Shown here one piece after another: positions 31,443 through 45,739 of a stretch of DNA of 64,000 nt. Source of the stretch: an uncultured Gemmatimonadales bacterium (GTDB taxonomy: Bacteria > Gemmatimonadota > Gemmatimonadetes > Longimicrobiales > Gaopeijiaceae); NCBI GenBank assembly GCA_963823035.1, contig CAWGKG010000004.1, positions 160,001 through 224,000 of the forward strand, written 5' to 3'. The notes beneath the pieces were generated by a model that had not been told where the DNA came from, searched no databases, and saw only the letters and a list, made by a program, of their open reading frames with translations. A program made the position numbers and the translations under genes. Numbering within the stretch: the stretch's first letter is position 1; the number at the start of each line of letters is the position of its first letter.

Positions 31443-33111
31443 TCATTCGCTGCCTCCCCCCGCACCGACCGGCGCCAGCGCGCTCCCCTCCCAGTCCGGG
31501 TCGGCGCCGCCCACCCAGGTCCGCGTCGCCGCGTCGAAGCGGATCGCCTGCACGCGCGAGAAGGAGCCGACGCCGGGGTTCTCGCGCACCTCGAGGCCGA
31601 GGGCGCGCATCTCCGCGACCTGGGCGGGCGTCCAGCCGCTGCCGGGCGTCGTCTCGGCTTCCAGGCGGGTGCCCGACATGTAGACCCGGGGCGCGGCCAG
31701 GGCGTCCGAGAGCGTCATGCCGTCGTCGATCACGCGGGAGATCACCTGGACCACGCCGGGCGGGATGCGTCCGCCTCCGGCCGCGCCCAGCGCAAGGAAC
31801 GGCACGCCGTCCTCGAGCACCATCACCGGGGAGATCGAGGAGCGGGCCCGCTCGCTCGGCTCGACGTGTCCGAGGTAGCCGCCCAGCGTCGAAGCGTAGA
31901 GGAATCCGAGCCCGGGCGTGACCACGGAGGAGCCCATGTTCGGGCCGAGCGTCTGCGTGAGCGCCACGAACATGCCGTTGCCGTCGGCGGCGGTCAGGTG
32001 TGTGGTGTGGCCGCGATCGTCCGGCTGGACGGGCAGCGGCGGCAGCGGCTCGGCGCCCGCCGGGGGAGACACGCGGCGCGCGCCGGCCGGCGCGTGGATC
32101 TGGTCGACCATGCGCGCGGCCCACGCCTTCGACGTGGCGCGCTCGGCGGCCGTGTCGCTGCCGAGGCCGCGCAGCTCCCGCGCGGCGATTCCCAGCGCCT
32201 GGCCCTTCACGGCGCGCCCACTGGGCCTCCGTCATCGACGAGGGATCGAAGTTCTCCATGATCTGCAACGCCTGGATCGACACCACCCCGGCCGAGGGGA
32301 CGTCGAGGCCCACGATCTCGTAGCCGCGGTACGATCCCCGTACCACGCGGCTGTCCTCGGCGCGGTAGTCCGCGAGCGACCGCAGCGTCACCGCGCCCCC
32401 GTGCGCCTGCATGTCCGCCGCGATCTTCTGCGCGATCTCTCCCTTGTAGAAGGCGTCATGCCCCCCCGCCGCGATCTTGCGCAGTGTATTCGCGTAGTCC
32501 TTCTGTACGAGCATGTCACCGGCGTGGCGCGGCGTGCCGTCCGGTTTCAGGTAGATCGCCGCCGTGCCCGGGAACTCCGCGGAGTGCTCGGCGTTGGCAC
32601 CCTCGCGCGCGGCCTCGCCGGGAAGGACACGGTAGCCGTTCTCGGCGTAGTCGATCGCGGGCGCCATGACGGTGGCCAGCGGAAGGGAGCCGTACTCGGC
32701 GTGCAGGCGCAGGAGGCCGGCCGCCGCACCCGGGACGCCCACCACCGCGTAGCCGTAGTCGGCCTGCGGGGCCGTGTCGGGGTCGTAGGTGGCGGGGGCC
32801 TGCGTGGTGCCGTCGATCCCCCGGATCGTGCCGTCCGGGAGCCGGATGAGGATCTGGTTTCGGCCCCCGATGCTGTTCATCGTCGGTTCCACGACCGCGA
32901 TCGCGAAGGCGGCCGCCACGGCCGCATCCGCCGCGTTGCCCCCCATCTCGAGCATACGCACGCCCGCCTCGGTCGCAAGCGGCTGGGCGGTGGCGACCGC
33001 GCCGCTGTTCGAACGCGAGGTCTGGAGCCTGCTCTGCGCGTGCAGCGCCAGCGGCGGGAGGGAGAGAAGCGTCGCGAGGAGTACGGCCCGGGCGGGGGTG
33101 CGGATGCGCAT
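31443..33111 (-). CDS. ggt: Gamma-glutamyltransferase, one frameshift
   Basis: GGNAADAAVAAAF..VVEP..SIGG, VGVPG, FYKGEIA; after a shift near 32215, HTTHL (Thr nucleophile), SSISP, GAAGGGRI. Confidence 0.88.
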
Positions 33112-33238
33112 GGGGGTCCGGTAGTATCAGGTGACTTCGGGAGCGGAGGACGACAATAAGGGCCCCGCATCCGGACGGCCATCTCGCGGGGCCGTGACCC
33201 CCGGCGATGGGCCGGACCACGAACGGGAAAGGGGAGCG

Positions 33239-33793
33239 ATGAAGACCTGGATCGCGCTGCTCCGCGGCGTCAACGTGGGCGGCCACAACAAGGTCCCGAT
33301 GGCTGAGCTGCGGAAGGCCTGCACCGAGGTCGGCTTCGCGGACGTCGGGACGTACATCCAGAGCGGCAACGTCGTCTTCCGGGCCGAGGAAGGTGCGGAT
33401 CAGGTAGCGGGTACACTGCGCGCCCTCATGGCCGAGCGCTTCGGGTGCGACGTGCCGGTCGTCCTGCGCACGGTGGAGGCGTTGGAACGCGTCGTGGCTG
33501 CGAATCCCTTCCTCGAGGAGGGCGCGGACGTGGCGAGGCTCCACGTCGGGTTCCTGCTGGACAAGCCGACCCGCGCGCGCGTCTCCGGCATGCCCCCGCA
33601 GCCTCCCGGTCCCGAGGAGTTCCGTGTGGTCGACGCCGAAGTGTATCTCCACTACCCGGAGGGGATGGCGAGCACCAAGCTCACGACCGCGTACTTCGAT
33701 CGGGCCCTGGGCACCACGATGACCGCGCGCAACTGGCGGACGGTGAACCGGATCGTGGACATGGGCCGCGAGGTGGAGGGGCGCCCCTTGTAG
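33239..33793 (+). CDS. DUF1697 family protein
   Basis: IALLRGVNVGGHNKVPMAEL, TYIQSGNVVF, TARNWRTV. Confidence 0.9.
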   Translation: MKTWIALLRGVNVGGHNKVPMAELRKACTEVGFADVGTYIQSGNVVFRAEEGADQVAGTLRALMAERFGCDVPVVLRTVEALERVVAANPFLEEGADVARLHVGFLLDKPTRARVSGMPPQPPGPEEFRVVDAEVYLHYPEGMASTKLTTAYFDRALGTTMTARNWRTVNRIVDMGREVEGRPL

Positions 33794-33876
33794 GGGTCCG
33801 ACCGCGCGCTGATCTTACAACAGATCCCTCGGCGGCTCGCTCACGGGGCCTCCGCCAGACCGCCAGGAGCGGGCCC

Positions 33877-34266
33877 ATGTCCGATTCCAGAAAGCGCCTC
33901 ATCGTGGTTGGCGACCGCGTGCTGATCTCCCCCGAAGAGGGTGAGGATCGCACGAAGGTGGGCCTCTACCTCCCGGCCACCGCCGTCGACAAGCAGGCGG
34001 TTCAGGGCGGTACGGTCGTGGCGACGGGCCCCGGCACGGCGGTGTCCGCGCCGACGGAGCTCGACGAGGAGCCGTGGAAGATCGGCGCCACGGAGGCGCG
34101 CTACATGCCGCTGCAGGCGCACATCGGCGACTACGCGATCTTCTTCCGACGCGCCGCGGTGGAGATCACCTTCGAGGGCACGCGCTATCTGGTCGTGCCG
34201 CAGGCGGCCATCCTCACGCTCGTGCGCGAGGACGACGACGAGGACGTGGGCCTTCCCTCGTTCTAG
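33877..34266 (+). CDS. GroES/Cpn10-family paralog
   Basis: GDRVLI, GLYLP, GTVVATGPG, GDYAIF, EITFEG..YLVV..IL; about 15-aa insertion; no groEL adjacent. Confidence 0.8.
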   Translation: MSDSRKRLIVVGDRVLISPEEGEDRTKVGLYLPATAVDKQAVQGGTVVATGPGTAVSAPTELDEEPWKIGATEARYMPLQAHIGDYAIFFRRAAVEITFEGTRYLVVPQAAILTLVREDDDEDVGLPSF

Positions 34267-34297
34267 CCGCCGACCGGCTCCCCCGCGGGAGCGGTCG

Positions 34298-35758
34298 GTG
34301 AGCCTCGATCGCTATCGGTCCTTCATCGCGGACTGGTCGGGCTTCCTCGAGGCCGCGGAACGACCGGAGCCGACCGTCATCCGTGTTCGCACCGGGCGCG
34401 TCTCCCCGGAGGCGCTGGCCGGGCGGCTGGAGGCGCAGGGCTACACGCTCCATCCGCTGGAGGGTATGCCCGCGTTCTTCCGGGTCGAAGGGGGACCTCG
34501 CCCGGTCTCCTTCACGCTCGAGCACTGGCTCGGGCTCGTGTACGTCCAGCAGGCCTCCACGGGCGTGGCGGCGCCCGCGCTCGACCCTCGCCCGGGGGAG
34601 CGCGTGCTCGACCTCTGCTCCGCGCCGGGCGGAAAGACCACGCACGCGGCCGACCTGATGGGCGACCGGGGCGCGCTGGTGGCGTCCGACGTGAGTGAGG
34701 GGCGGATCCGCGGCCTGCTCGGCAACGTCTACCGGCTCGGCCATCCCAACATCCTGGTGGTCGCGGGAGACGGGCGGGCGTTCCCCGAGGAGGCGTCGTT
34801 CGACCGCGTCCTGGTGGACGCCCCCTGCTCGGGGGAGGGCACGCTCCGCCGGCGCGCCGGCCGCCCGCCCGCGCAGTCGCGCTCCTTCATGGGGTACGTG
34901 ACGCGCGCCCAGGAGGAGCTGCTCCGCAAGGCGGTACGCCTCACCCGGCCGGGCGGCACGATCCTGTACGTCACCTGCACCTTCGCGCCGGAGGAGAACG
35001 AGGGCGTGGTCAGCCGCGTGCTCGCCGACGCGCCCGTGGCGTTGGAGCCGCTGGCGCTTCCCGTTCCGCATGCGCCGGGGCTCACCTCCTTCGAGGGGAC
35101 GTCCTTCGATCCACGCCTGGAGGGGGCTGCCCGCATCTATCCGCACCACTTCGATTCGGGCGGCCTCTTCCTCGCGCGCCTGCGGCGGCTGGACGACGGG
35201 GAGACGCCCCGATCCTCGTGGAGCCCGGTGCCGGCGGTCTTCCCGGACGACGACATGGACGCGCCCGAGGCGGCGCGCCTCGTGGGGGCCGGCATGGAGG
35301 CACTCGAGCACTTCGGCGTGGAGCCGGCCGTGTTCGAGGGGCTGTCGTGGATCGCGCGGGGCGGCCGCCTCTGGCTGCACGGACTCCCCGAGTGGCCCGT
35401 GCCTGCGTGGTCGGAAGGTGGCTGGCGCACGATCTCCGTCGGCTTCCGCGCGATGGAGTTCGACACCACCGGCCGGCCACGGCCCACGAACGACCTCCTG
35501 CAGTGGCTGGGGGCCCGGGTCCTGGCGAACGGCGTGGACCTCGACGACGACGAGATGCGGCGTGCCTGCCGCGGGGAGGCCGTGCCGCGCGCCGAGACGC
35601 TCCACGGCCTCCTCGCGCTCCGCTGGCGAGGCTCGGTGGTGGGCCGGGGGGTGGCCACGCCCGACGGTGCCCGCAACGAGATCCCCAAGCCGCGCCGTCG
35701 CGACCTGAAGGCGATCGTGGAGGGGAAGGGGTCGGTCAGCCGTTCCGCGGAGGACTGA
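34298..35758 (+). CDS. RsmB/NOP2/RsmF-family RNA m5C methyltransferase
   Basis: VLDLCSAPGGKT, FDRVLVDAPCSGEG, YVTCTFAPEENEGVV. Confidence 0.9.
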   Translation: MSLDRYRSFIADWSGFLEAAERPEPTVIRVRTGRVSPEALAGRLEAQGYTLHPLEGMPAFFRVEGGPRPVSFTLEHWLGLVYVQQASTGVAAPALDPRPGERVLDLCSAPGGKTTHAADLMGDRGALVASDVSEGRIRGLLGNVYRLGHPNILVVAGDGRAFPEEASFDRVLVDAPCSGEGTLRRRAGRPPAQSRSFMGYVTRAQEELLRKAVRLTRPGGTILYVTCTFAPEENEGVVSRVLADAPVALEPLALPVPHAPGLTSFEGTSFDPRLEGAARIYPHHFDSGGLFLARLRRLDDGETPRSSWSPVPAVFPDDDMDAPEAARLVGAGMEALEHFGVEPAVFEGLSWIARGGRLWLHGLPEWPVPAWSEGGWRTISVGFRAMEFDTTGRPRPTNDLLQWLGARVLANGVDLDDDEMRRACRGEAVPRAETLHGLLALRWRGSVVGRGVATPDGARNEIPKPRRRDLKAIVEGKGSVSRSAED

Positions 35759-36167
35759 CGCGCATGGGTCGGGCCTGGTCCTGAGCGCCCCCGCCCAGCG
35801 TCCGCAGGAAGCTCGCATCCGCAGGCGCCAACGGTAGCTCCGCCAACTCCTCCAGCGTGAACCACCCTACTTCCGAGTGCTCGAACGGCGCGGGGTCGCC
35901 CTCCGCCTCCACCTCGACGAAGTGGATCACGAAGGGCGAGTCCCCGTCCGACCCGCTGTACAGGAGCGCGCCGGCCGCGACCGCGCGCATCCCGAGCTCC
36001 TCCTCCAGCTCCCGATCCGCGGCCGTGAGGAGCGCCTCTCCGTCGTGGACCTTCCCGCCGGGGAACTCCCACAGCCCCCCGTGCCGCTTCTCCGGGGGGC
36101 GCCGCCCCACCAGGTAGCGTCCGTCGCGCAGGATGACGGCCGCGATGACCGGGATGGTGTCCGCCAC
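35736..36167 (-). CDS. NUDIX hydrolase (MutT/NudG-like)
   Basis: WEFPGGKVHDGE..AADRELEEELG; LAPAD. Confidence 0.85.
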   Translation of the reverse strand: MADTIPVIAAVILRDGRYLVGRRPPEKRHGGLWEFPGGKVHDGEALLTAADRELEEELGMRAVAAGALLYSGSDGDSPFVIHFVEVEAEGDPAPFEHSEVGWFTLEELAELPLAPADASFLRTLGGGAQDQARPMRVSPPRNG

Positions 36168-36169
36168 GG

Positions 36170-38909
36170 CTACTCCGAGCGCAGGGCGTCGATGGGGTCG
36201 ACGCGCGACGCGCGTCGCGCCGGGAGCCAGGTGGCCAGCGCCAGGACGGAGACGAGGAGGAGCGGAGCCCCCACGAACGTCACCGGATCCGTGGTCGCTC
36301 ACGTCGTACAGGATCGCGCCCATGAAGCGCGTGAGCACACCCGCGGTCAGCAGGCCGACGGCGACGCCCGCGGCCGCGACGACGGCGCTCTGGCGGAAGA
36401 CCATTCGGCGGATGTCCGCCCGCGCCGCGCCCAGCGCGACCCGCACGCCGATCTCACGGGTGCGCTGGCCCACCACGTACGACACCACCGCGAAGAGGCC
36501 GACGGCGCCCAGGAAGAGCGCCACGGCCGCCGCGAGGCCGAGCAGGACCATCGTGAAGGATGTCTGGGCGATGGAGTTGGCCATGATCTCGTCCATCGTC
36601 CGTACGGTGGTGATCGGCACCTCGGGACCGTGGCGCCGCACCACGTCCCGGATGGCGGTCACCGGGACCGGTGTGCGCCCGTCTCCGCGCACGAGCAGAT
36701 ACATGCGCGCCATTCCCGGATATCCCCAGTCGGCCACGACCATCGGGAGGTAGGCCACGGGACGCGGCTCGTCCGAGAGGCTGAACTCGTGCGCGTCGGC
36801 CACCACGCCGACCACGCGGGCGAAGGCACGCTCCTCGTCCCACTTGATCCCCTTTCCGATCGCGGAGCCGCCGAGAAAGGCCTTCTCGAACGCCTCGTTC
36901 ACGAGGACGGACCCGTTGGCGTCCTCCCAGTCGGAGGGCTCGAGAGTCCGCCCCCGCAGGAGCGGCTGGCCGATGGCTTCCAGGTAGTCGGCGCCCACGG
37001 CCTTGTACATCGCGACAGGCGGGAGCGCGCCCTCTTCACGCGGCTCTCCCTCGATGTAGAACGAGCCGCCGTTCGAGTCGCCCTCTCCCATGGGGGCGCG
37101 GCTCGTCAGCCCGACGGACCGCACGCCGGGGAGTGTGGCGACCTCGTCCGCGACGTCCTGGTAGAAGCGTGCGCCCTCCGGGTTCCTGCCCGAGAAGGTC
37201 TCGCCCAGGCTCATTCCCACCGACACGACGTCGTCGGGCCGGAAGCCGGGGTCCACGTGCCGGAGCTGGTCGAAGGAGCGCAGCATGAGGCCCGATCCGA
37301 CCAGGAGGACGAGGGCGAGCGCGAGCTGCGCGGCCACCAGGAGCGAGCGGGTCCGGTGGCGGCCCCGCCCGTCCGTGGCGCCCCGCCCGCCGTCGCGGAG
37401 GATGCCGGCGAGCGCGCTGGCGCGGTAGCGGACCAGGGGGAGCGCGCCGAGCACGAGGCTGGCGGTGAACGACGACCAGTGCGGTGAACGCGATCGACGC
37501 GCCGTCGATCGACACCTCGTCGAGCCGCGGGAGGGACGAGGGGCCACGACCCACGAGGATCGCCACCCCCGACCACGCCAGCAGCAGGCCGATCGCGCCC
37601 CCCGCCGCGCCGAGCAGCACGGCCTCGGAGAGGAAGCCCGCCGCGATGCGCGCAGCGCCTGCCCCCATCGCCGCGCGCACGGCGAGCTCCTTCTGCCGGG
37701 ACTCGGCCCGCACCAGGAAGAGGTTGGCCACGTTGGCGCACGCGATGAGGAGCACGAAGCCCACCGTGCCCAGCACGATCCAGAGCGCCGAGGCGATGTC
37801 CGGGCCGACCACGCGGTCCTGGTAGCGCTCGACCGTGACGGACCACCCGGCCCGGTCGAGGAAGCCCGCCGACAGGTCCGGGAAGTAGTCGTACAGGCGC
37901 GGCTGCAGCTCGGTGGCGCGTGCCTGCGCCTGCGCGACCGTGAGGCCCGGCGCCAGCCGGCCGATCCCCTCGGTCCCGAAGGTGCCGAAGGTGCCGTTCG
38001 GATCGATGCGCAGTCGGGATCAGAGCGCCACGGGCTCGGCGTCGGGGAAGGCGAACCCGGCCGGCATGACCCCCACGATCTCGGTGGGCGTGCCGTCCAG
38101 CTCGATGGTGCGGCCGAGCACGGTCGGGTCGCCGCCGAAGCGGGACGCCCACGAGGCGTGCGTGAGGATCGCCACGGGGGCCGCGCCCTCCTCGGCGTCC
38201 GCCGCGGCGAACGGGCGCCCGAGCGCCGGCGGCACGCGCAGCACGTCGAAGAGGTTCGGCGTGACCGCCGTGAGCTGGACGCGCTCGGGCTGGGCTGCCG
38301 CCGACGAGGTTGTGCGACGCGATCGTGATACGCGGCGAGCGTCTCGAGGAAGTCGCGCCTCGTCCCGATAGAAGTTCAGCGTCCCGGCGGAGTTGTTCAG
38401 CTCGGCGAGGTCGAGCGCCGGGCGCGTGGTGCGAGATCGAGACGATCCGGTCCGCGTCCGGGTAGGGGAGGGAGCGCAGCAGCACCGCGTCCACCACGGT
38501 GAAGATCGCCACCGTCGCGCCGATGCCGAGCGCCAACGTGAGCACCGCCGCGGTCGTGTACCCGGGCCTCCGGCCCAGAGAGCGCGCCGCCACCTTCAGA
38601 TCGCCCGTCCAGCTCATGATCCGCTCTCCCATTCCGGGCCCGGTGACCGGGCCGCGTCCATCCCCATGGCCCGTCCAGGGCCGCCCACCACTCCACCGGA
38701 ATCCGTCGCACCACGTCCGCCACCGCGGCGGCGCCGGCGGCGGCCACCGAGAGGGCTCCCCCTCGCGCGTGGCGCGCGGCCAGCGTCTCCTCCAGGTCCC
38801 GCTCCGCGTCGGCGAAGTACGCCTCACGGAACGCCCTCGGCAGCAACCGCCCCGTCAGGCGGAACGCCGCGAGGGCCAGCCGGACCGGACGCGGCTGCCT
38901 TTCGCTCAT
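36170..38909 (-). CDS. Second ADOP-type ABC permease with an N-terminal prefix domain, several frameshifts
   Basis: [10 protein letters not shown] prefix; [46 protein letters not shown], ends DPIDALRSE. Confidence 0.85.
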
Positions 38910-39243
38910 GCCCGCCCCAGCGCCGCGCTCGCCCGCGCCGCGTCCACGAGCGCCTGCAGCCGGTCGGCCTCGGCGCGCAGGACGTCACGTCCCAGACGCG
39001 TCAGCCGGTAGTAGCGGCGCCGCTGGTCGTCGTCCGGGTCGTTCTCCCCCTCGAGGGGCTCGATCAGCCCGGCCTCGGCCATCTCGCGCACCGACCCGTA
39101 CAGCGTCGCGGGCCACAGGCGGATGGCGCCCTCCGTCCGCGTGCTCGACGCTCTCGCGGATGCCGAAGCCGTGGCGCGCTCCGTCCGCGAGCGCGAGCAG
39201 GATGTGGAACCAGACGGGCTTGATCGGAGGGGTGGGGGTCCAT
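38906..39243 (-). CDS. PadR-family transcriptional regulator, frameshifted
   Basis: FHILLALADGARHGFGI, LWPATLYGS, RRRYYRLTRLGR; stop overlaps the ADOP start. Confidence 0.85.
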
Positions 39244-39283
39244 GGCCGAGCCGGAAGAGGGAGCCGACGCCGCGCGCACATTC

Positions 39284-39315
39284 AGTATGAGATCATACCG
39301 ATATTATTCCATACT
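39284..39315. promoter_or_regulatory. Tandem palindromic operator, probable PadR autoregulatory site
   Basis: AT-rich patch: AGTATGAGATCATACC (GTATGA-N2-TCATAC) abutting the imperfect copy GATATTATTCCATACT, 40 nt upstream of padR. Confidence 0.6.
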
Positions 39316-39348
39316 GGTTTCAGGGTCCAGGGGTCGCGCCGCCGCGGC

Positions 39349-40591
39349 TCAGCGGCGCTGCGCCGGGACCGTCGTCAGGAGGAGGACCGAAGCGACCGCC
39401 GCCGCCACCGCGCCGAAGGCGAAGGGAGCGGCCGGGCCGAACCCGGACCATCCCGCGAACCCCTGCCAGAGCAGGCCGGCCAGGAGCGAGGCGGGGAGGC
39501 TCACCAGCCCGATCACGGCGTGGTACGTCCCGTAGGCGATGCCCCGGCGCTCCGGCTCCACGAGGTCCGCGACCAGCGCCTTCGAGGCGCCGGCGACCAT
39601 CCCCTGGTAGACGCCGTACGCGCAGAAGAGCAGGACCACGTGCGTGGCCGATCCGGCGACCGCGAAGCCGAGATACACGGCGGCGTACACGCACCACGCG
39701 CCGAGCACCACCCACCTGCGTCCGATGCGGTCGGAGATCGAGCCGGCCGGGACCGACACGGCCGTGTAGACCACGTTGAACGCGAGGAGCATCCACATCA
39801 GCCCGGACACGCCCAGGCCGCGCTCCTGCGCGCGCAGGATGAGGAATGCGTCCGAGGAGTTGCCGATCTGGAAGACGCCCGACGCCACCACGAAGGCGAC
39901 GAATCCGCGCCCCATCCCGCGGAGGCCCAGGCTCGGCCCGCCTCGCCCTTTGCCCACCGGTACGTCGCGCGCACCGAAGGCGAGGGTGGCGACGGCGAGG
40001 AAGGCGGGGAAGAGACTCCACAGGACCAGGCGGTGGAAGGTCTCGGCCTCGAGACGGAGCGCGTTCCCCTGGGTCAAGTGCACGACCCAGATCGTGAGGG
40101 CGAGGCCGACCACGGCGCCCCCGGTATCCGCCGCGCGGTGGATGCCGAACGCGAGGCCGCGCCGCGACGCACGCACCGAGTCGGCCAGGAGCGCGTCGCG
40201 CGGAGCGGTGCGCACGCCCTTGCCGACGCGGTCCGCCCAGCGGATGGCCGCCACCACCGGCCAGGTGGCGGCCAGCAGGTAGAACGGCTTCGAGGACGCC
40301 GAGATGCCGTACCCGCCGACGGCCAGCCACTTGCGGGCGCGCAGCCGGTCCGAGAGCCATCCCGACCAGAGCTTCAGGAGGCTCGCGGTGGATTCGGCCG
40401 TCCCCTCGACCACGCCCACCGCCCACGTGCGCACGCCGAGCACGTTCGCCAGGAAGAGCGGGAGGACGTTCTGCAGCATCTCGCTGGAGACGTCCGTGAG
40501 GAAGCTGGTGGCGCTCGCGACCCAGACGTTGCGGTGCAGTCCCCCGGCCGCGAGGGTCCTCCGCGTCGCCGGGTGGGGTCGGGGGGGCCAC
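39349..40591 (-). CDS. MFS transporter
   Basis: SFLTDVSSEM, SGWLSDRL, DRVGKGVRTAPRDALLAD, GIHRAADT, GSISDRIGRR. Start uncertain (possible shift just after GTG 40591). Confidence 0.85.
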
Positions 40592-40595
40592 GCCG

Positions 40596-41955
40596 TCAGA
40601 TCCCGACCGCGAGCCCCACGGCGATGGAGACGGCGCCGAGGAGGACGAGGCCGAGCCAGAGGGGGGCGGTGAAGCGGATCCACTCCTCGAAGCGCACCCC
40701 CGCCACGCCGAGGATCGCCATGAGCGCGCCGTTCGTCGGCGTGATCAGGTCGCAGAGGCCCGCTCCGTACTGGTAGGCCAGCACCGTGATCTGGCGGGAC
40801 ATCCCGAGGAGGTCGGAGAGCGGCACGAGCACCGGCATCGTCAGCACCGCCTGGCCGCTCACGCTCGGCACCGGCACGTGGATCGCCGTCTGCGCGGCGA
40901 TCATGCCGAGCGCGGAGGCGAGCACGGGGAGCCCCTCGAGCGGGGTGAACAGACCGTGCACGATGGTGTCGACGATGTGCCCGTCCTGGAGCACGACGTA
41001 GATCGCCCGCGCGAAGCCGATGAGGAGGGCGGCGTAGGCCATCGACCGGAAGCCCTTCACGTAGGCCTCGGCCGTGCCGCCCACGCCCAGCCCGGCGAGC
41101 CCGCCGACGACGATCCCCATCACGAAGAAGGCCGCGCTCAGCTCGTTGAAGCCCCATCCCAGTCTCCATGATGCCCCAGACCACCGCGCCGAACGTGACC
41201 ATCACCAGCGACAGGATGACGAGGTCCGTGCCGAGCAGGGCCTCCGAGCGGTCGTCCTCCGCCTCGCGGGCCTCGACGCGTGTCCTCGCCGCCCAGCGCA
41301 TGGTGGCGCCGATCCAGAGGGCGAGGGCCAGCACGAGGAAGACGATGCGGAAGGCGGAGCCCGACAGCAGGGGTACCTCGGCGAGCTTCTGCGCGATCTG
41401 CACCTGGAAAGGGTTGATCGGGCTGAAGGCCGAGCCCACGAAGGCGGAGCCCGCGCACATCGACACGGCCACCAGAGGCGTGAAGCCGAGCCGCGTCGTG
41501 AGCACGATCAGGACGGGCACGAGGGGGATGATCTCCTCCTGCATGTTCTCGACCACCCCTCCCGCCGCGAAGAAGAGCGACACGACCGGGATGACCAGGA
41601 GGTCCCTCCCGGCCAGGGCGCGTGCCAGCCCCCCCATGGCCCGCCGCAGCGCGCCGGTCTCGTCGACCACCGTGAACGCGCCGCCGATCAGGAAGACCAG
41701 GAAGACCACCTCGGACGCGTCGATCATCCCCCGCGGGAGGGCCACCACGGCCGCGAAGGGACCGACCGGCGTGCGCTCCACGCGATGATACGTGCCGGCC
41801 ACGACCACCGTGCGGCCCGTGACCTCGTCGAGCTTGCGGTCGTACTCGCCCGCGGGGAGCACCCAGCTGCCGGCCGCGGCCAGGAGGACGCACCCGGACA
41901 GGAGGACGAGGGGGTGCGGCAGCCGGAAGCGCGGGCCGGGGGCCGGCGCGCTCAT
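40596..41955 (-). CDS. YfcC/DcuC-like transporter, one frameshift
   Basis: LPHP, LPAGEYDR, FLIGGAF, NPFQVQIAQ, VPSVSGQA, LAYQYGAG..PTNG. Shift near 41160. Confidence 0.85.
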
Positions 41956-42939
41956 GGCGTCGCACTCCGGGGAGAGCGGGAGCGCGCCGTCGAGCGTCAG
42001 CAGGGTGAGGAGCGCGGTGCGGAGCGCGTCCATGTACTCGCCCGGGTCGATGTTCCCGAAGTCGTCGGTCGGGCGGTGGTAGTCGGGGTGGTCCTCGACG
42101 CCGAGGTAGACGAAGGGGATGCCCGCGTCGTGGAAGGGCCCGTGGTCCGACGCGTGCGTCCAGTCGTCTCCCTCGGGCGCGTTCGGCGCGTCGTGCCCGA
42201 GCCGGAGGTCGAGGGGCGCCTCCGCGGCCACGCGCTCCAGGAGGGGGCGCAGCGCCGGGGTCTGGTGGGCGCCGGCGGCCCAGAGCACGCCGTTCGTGCG
42301 TGCCACCATGTCCAGGTTCAGGTCGAGCGCGATGGAGTCGAGCGGCACCGGCGGCGCCGCCACGAAGGCCCGTGACCCACGCAGCCCCACCTCCTCGGCG
42401 TCGAAGGCCGCCACGAGGAGGGTATGCCGCAGCGGCGCGCTCGCGAGGGCGCGCGCGAGCGCGACGAGGGCGACCGAGCCCGAGGCGTCGTCGTCCGCCC
42501 CGTTGTAGATCACCCCGTCCCGCACGCCGAGATGGTCGAGGTGCGCCGAGAGGACGAAGGTGCGTCCGGCCGGCTGGGTGCCGGGGACGACACCCACGAC
42601 GTTCACGCCCTCGACGTCCTGCGCCGCGCCGTTCCCGCGCCAGGCGAACCGCTCCATGAAGCCCCCGTGGACGGGGCGCACACCCGCGTCGGCCAACTCG
42701 CCCGCGAGCCAGGCGCGCGCGCGCGCGGCCCCTTCGGTGCCGGTGCCCCGACCCTCGAGCGAGTCCGAGGAGAGGTACCGTAGCTCCGCCATGATGCGTG
42801 CGCTGTCGGCCGCGAGCGCCGCGAGGGGATCCCCGGTGGACGCCCCGGTCGTGCTCGGCGCGCCGCACCCGGACGAAACCGACAGGAGGGACAGGAGGGC
42901 GACCGCGAGCGCGCCGGCGGAGTCGGATGGTTTTCGCAT
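41952..42939 (-). CDS. M28-family peptidase lipoprotein
   Basis: Lipobox SSGC; LSAHLDHLG, NGADDDASG, AEEVGLRGS, NLDMV, SDHGPF, DYHRPTD. The 3' end reads in frame into yfcC, probably through an indel. Confidence 0.85.
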
Positions 42940-43140
42940 GGGCGACGAAGGTACGGCGCACGGGCCCGGACGGCACGGGCGGGCGCGCGGAGGCTCGGCT
43001 CGGGCCCGGACCCCCGGCCGCGAGGGTTTGACGACGGCCCTCGTGCGCCGGAACTTGCACGGCGAGCAGAAGGGCCCGTCCACCGAAGGAGCGTTCCCTG
43101 GGATCACGATGATCCGGACCGACGCCTGGAGCCACGCGGC

Positions 43141-45735
<2,595 letters not shown>

Positions 45736-45739
<4 letters not shown>

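Noticed and set aside
24466..32261. Long plus-strand ORFs (1085 aa and 1113 aa) and similar antisense ORFs across the window
   Set aside because: They are antisense shadows of well-supported genes, have no recognisable motifs, and are expected at this GC content.
35736..37547. ADOP permease-NUDIX fusion
   Set aside because: The canonical ADOP end [13 protein letters not shown] lies in another frame at 36170.
41138..42939. Apparent M28 peptidase-YfcC transporter fusion
   Set aside because: yfcC has its own GGAG and ATG within an ATGA overlap, and a lipoprotein domain fused before TM1 conflicts with the expected topology. Most likely an indel artefact; reads would settle it.
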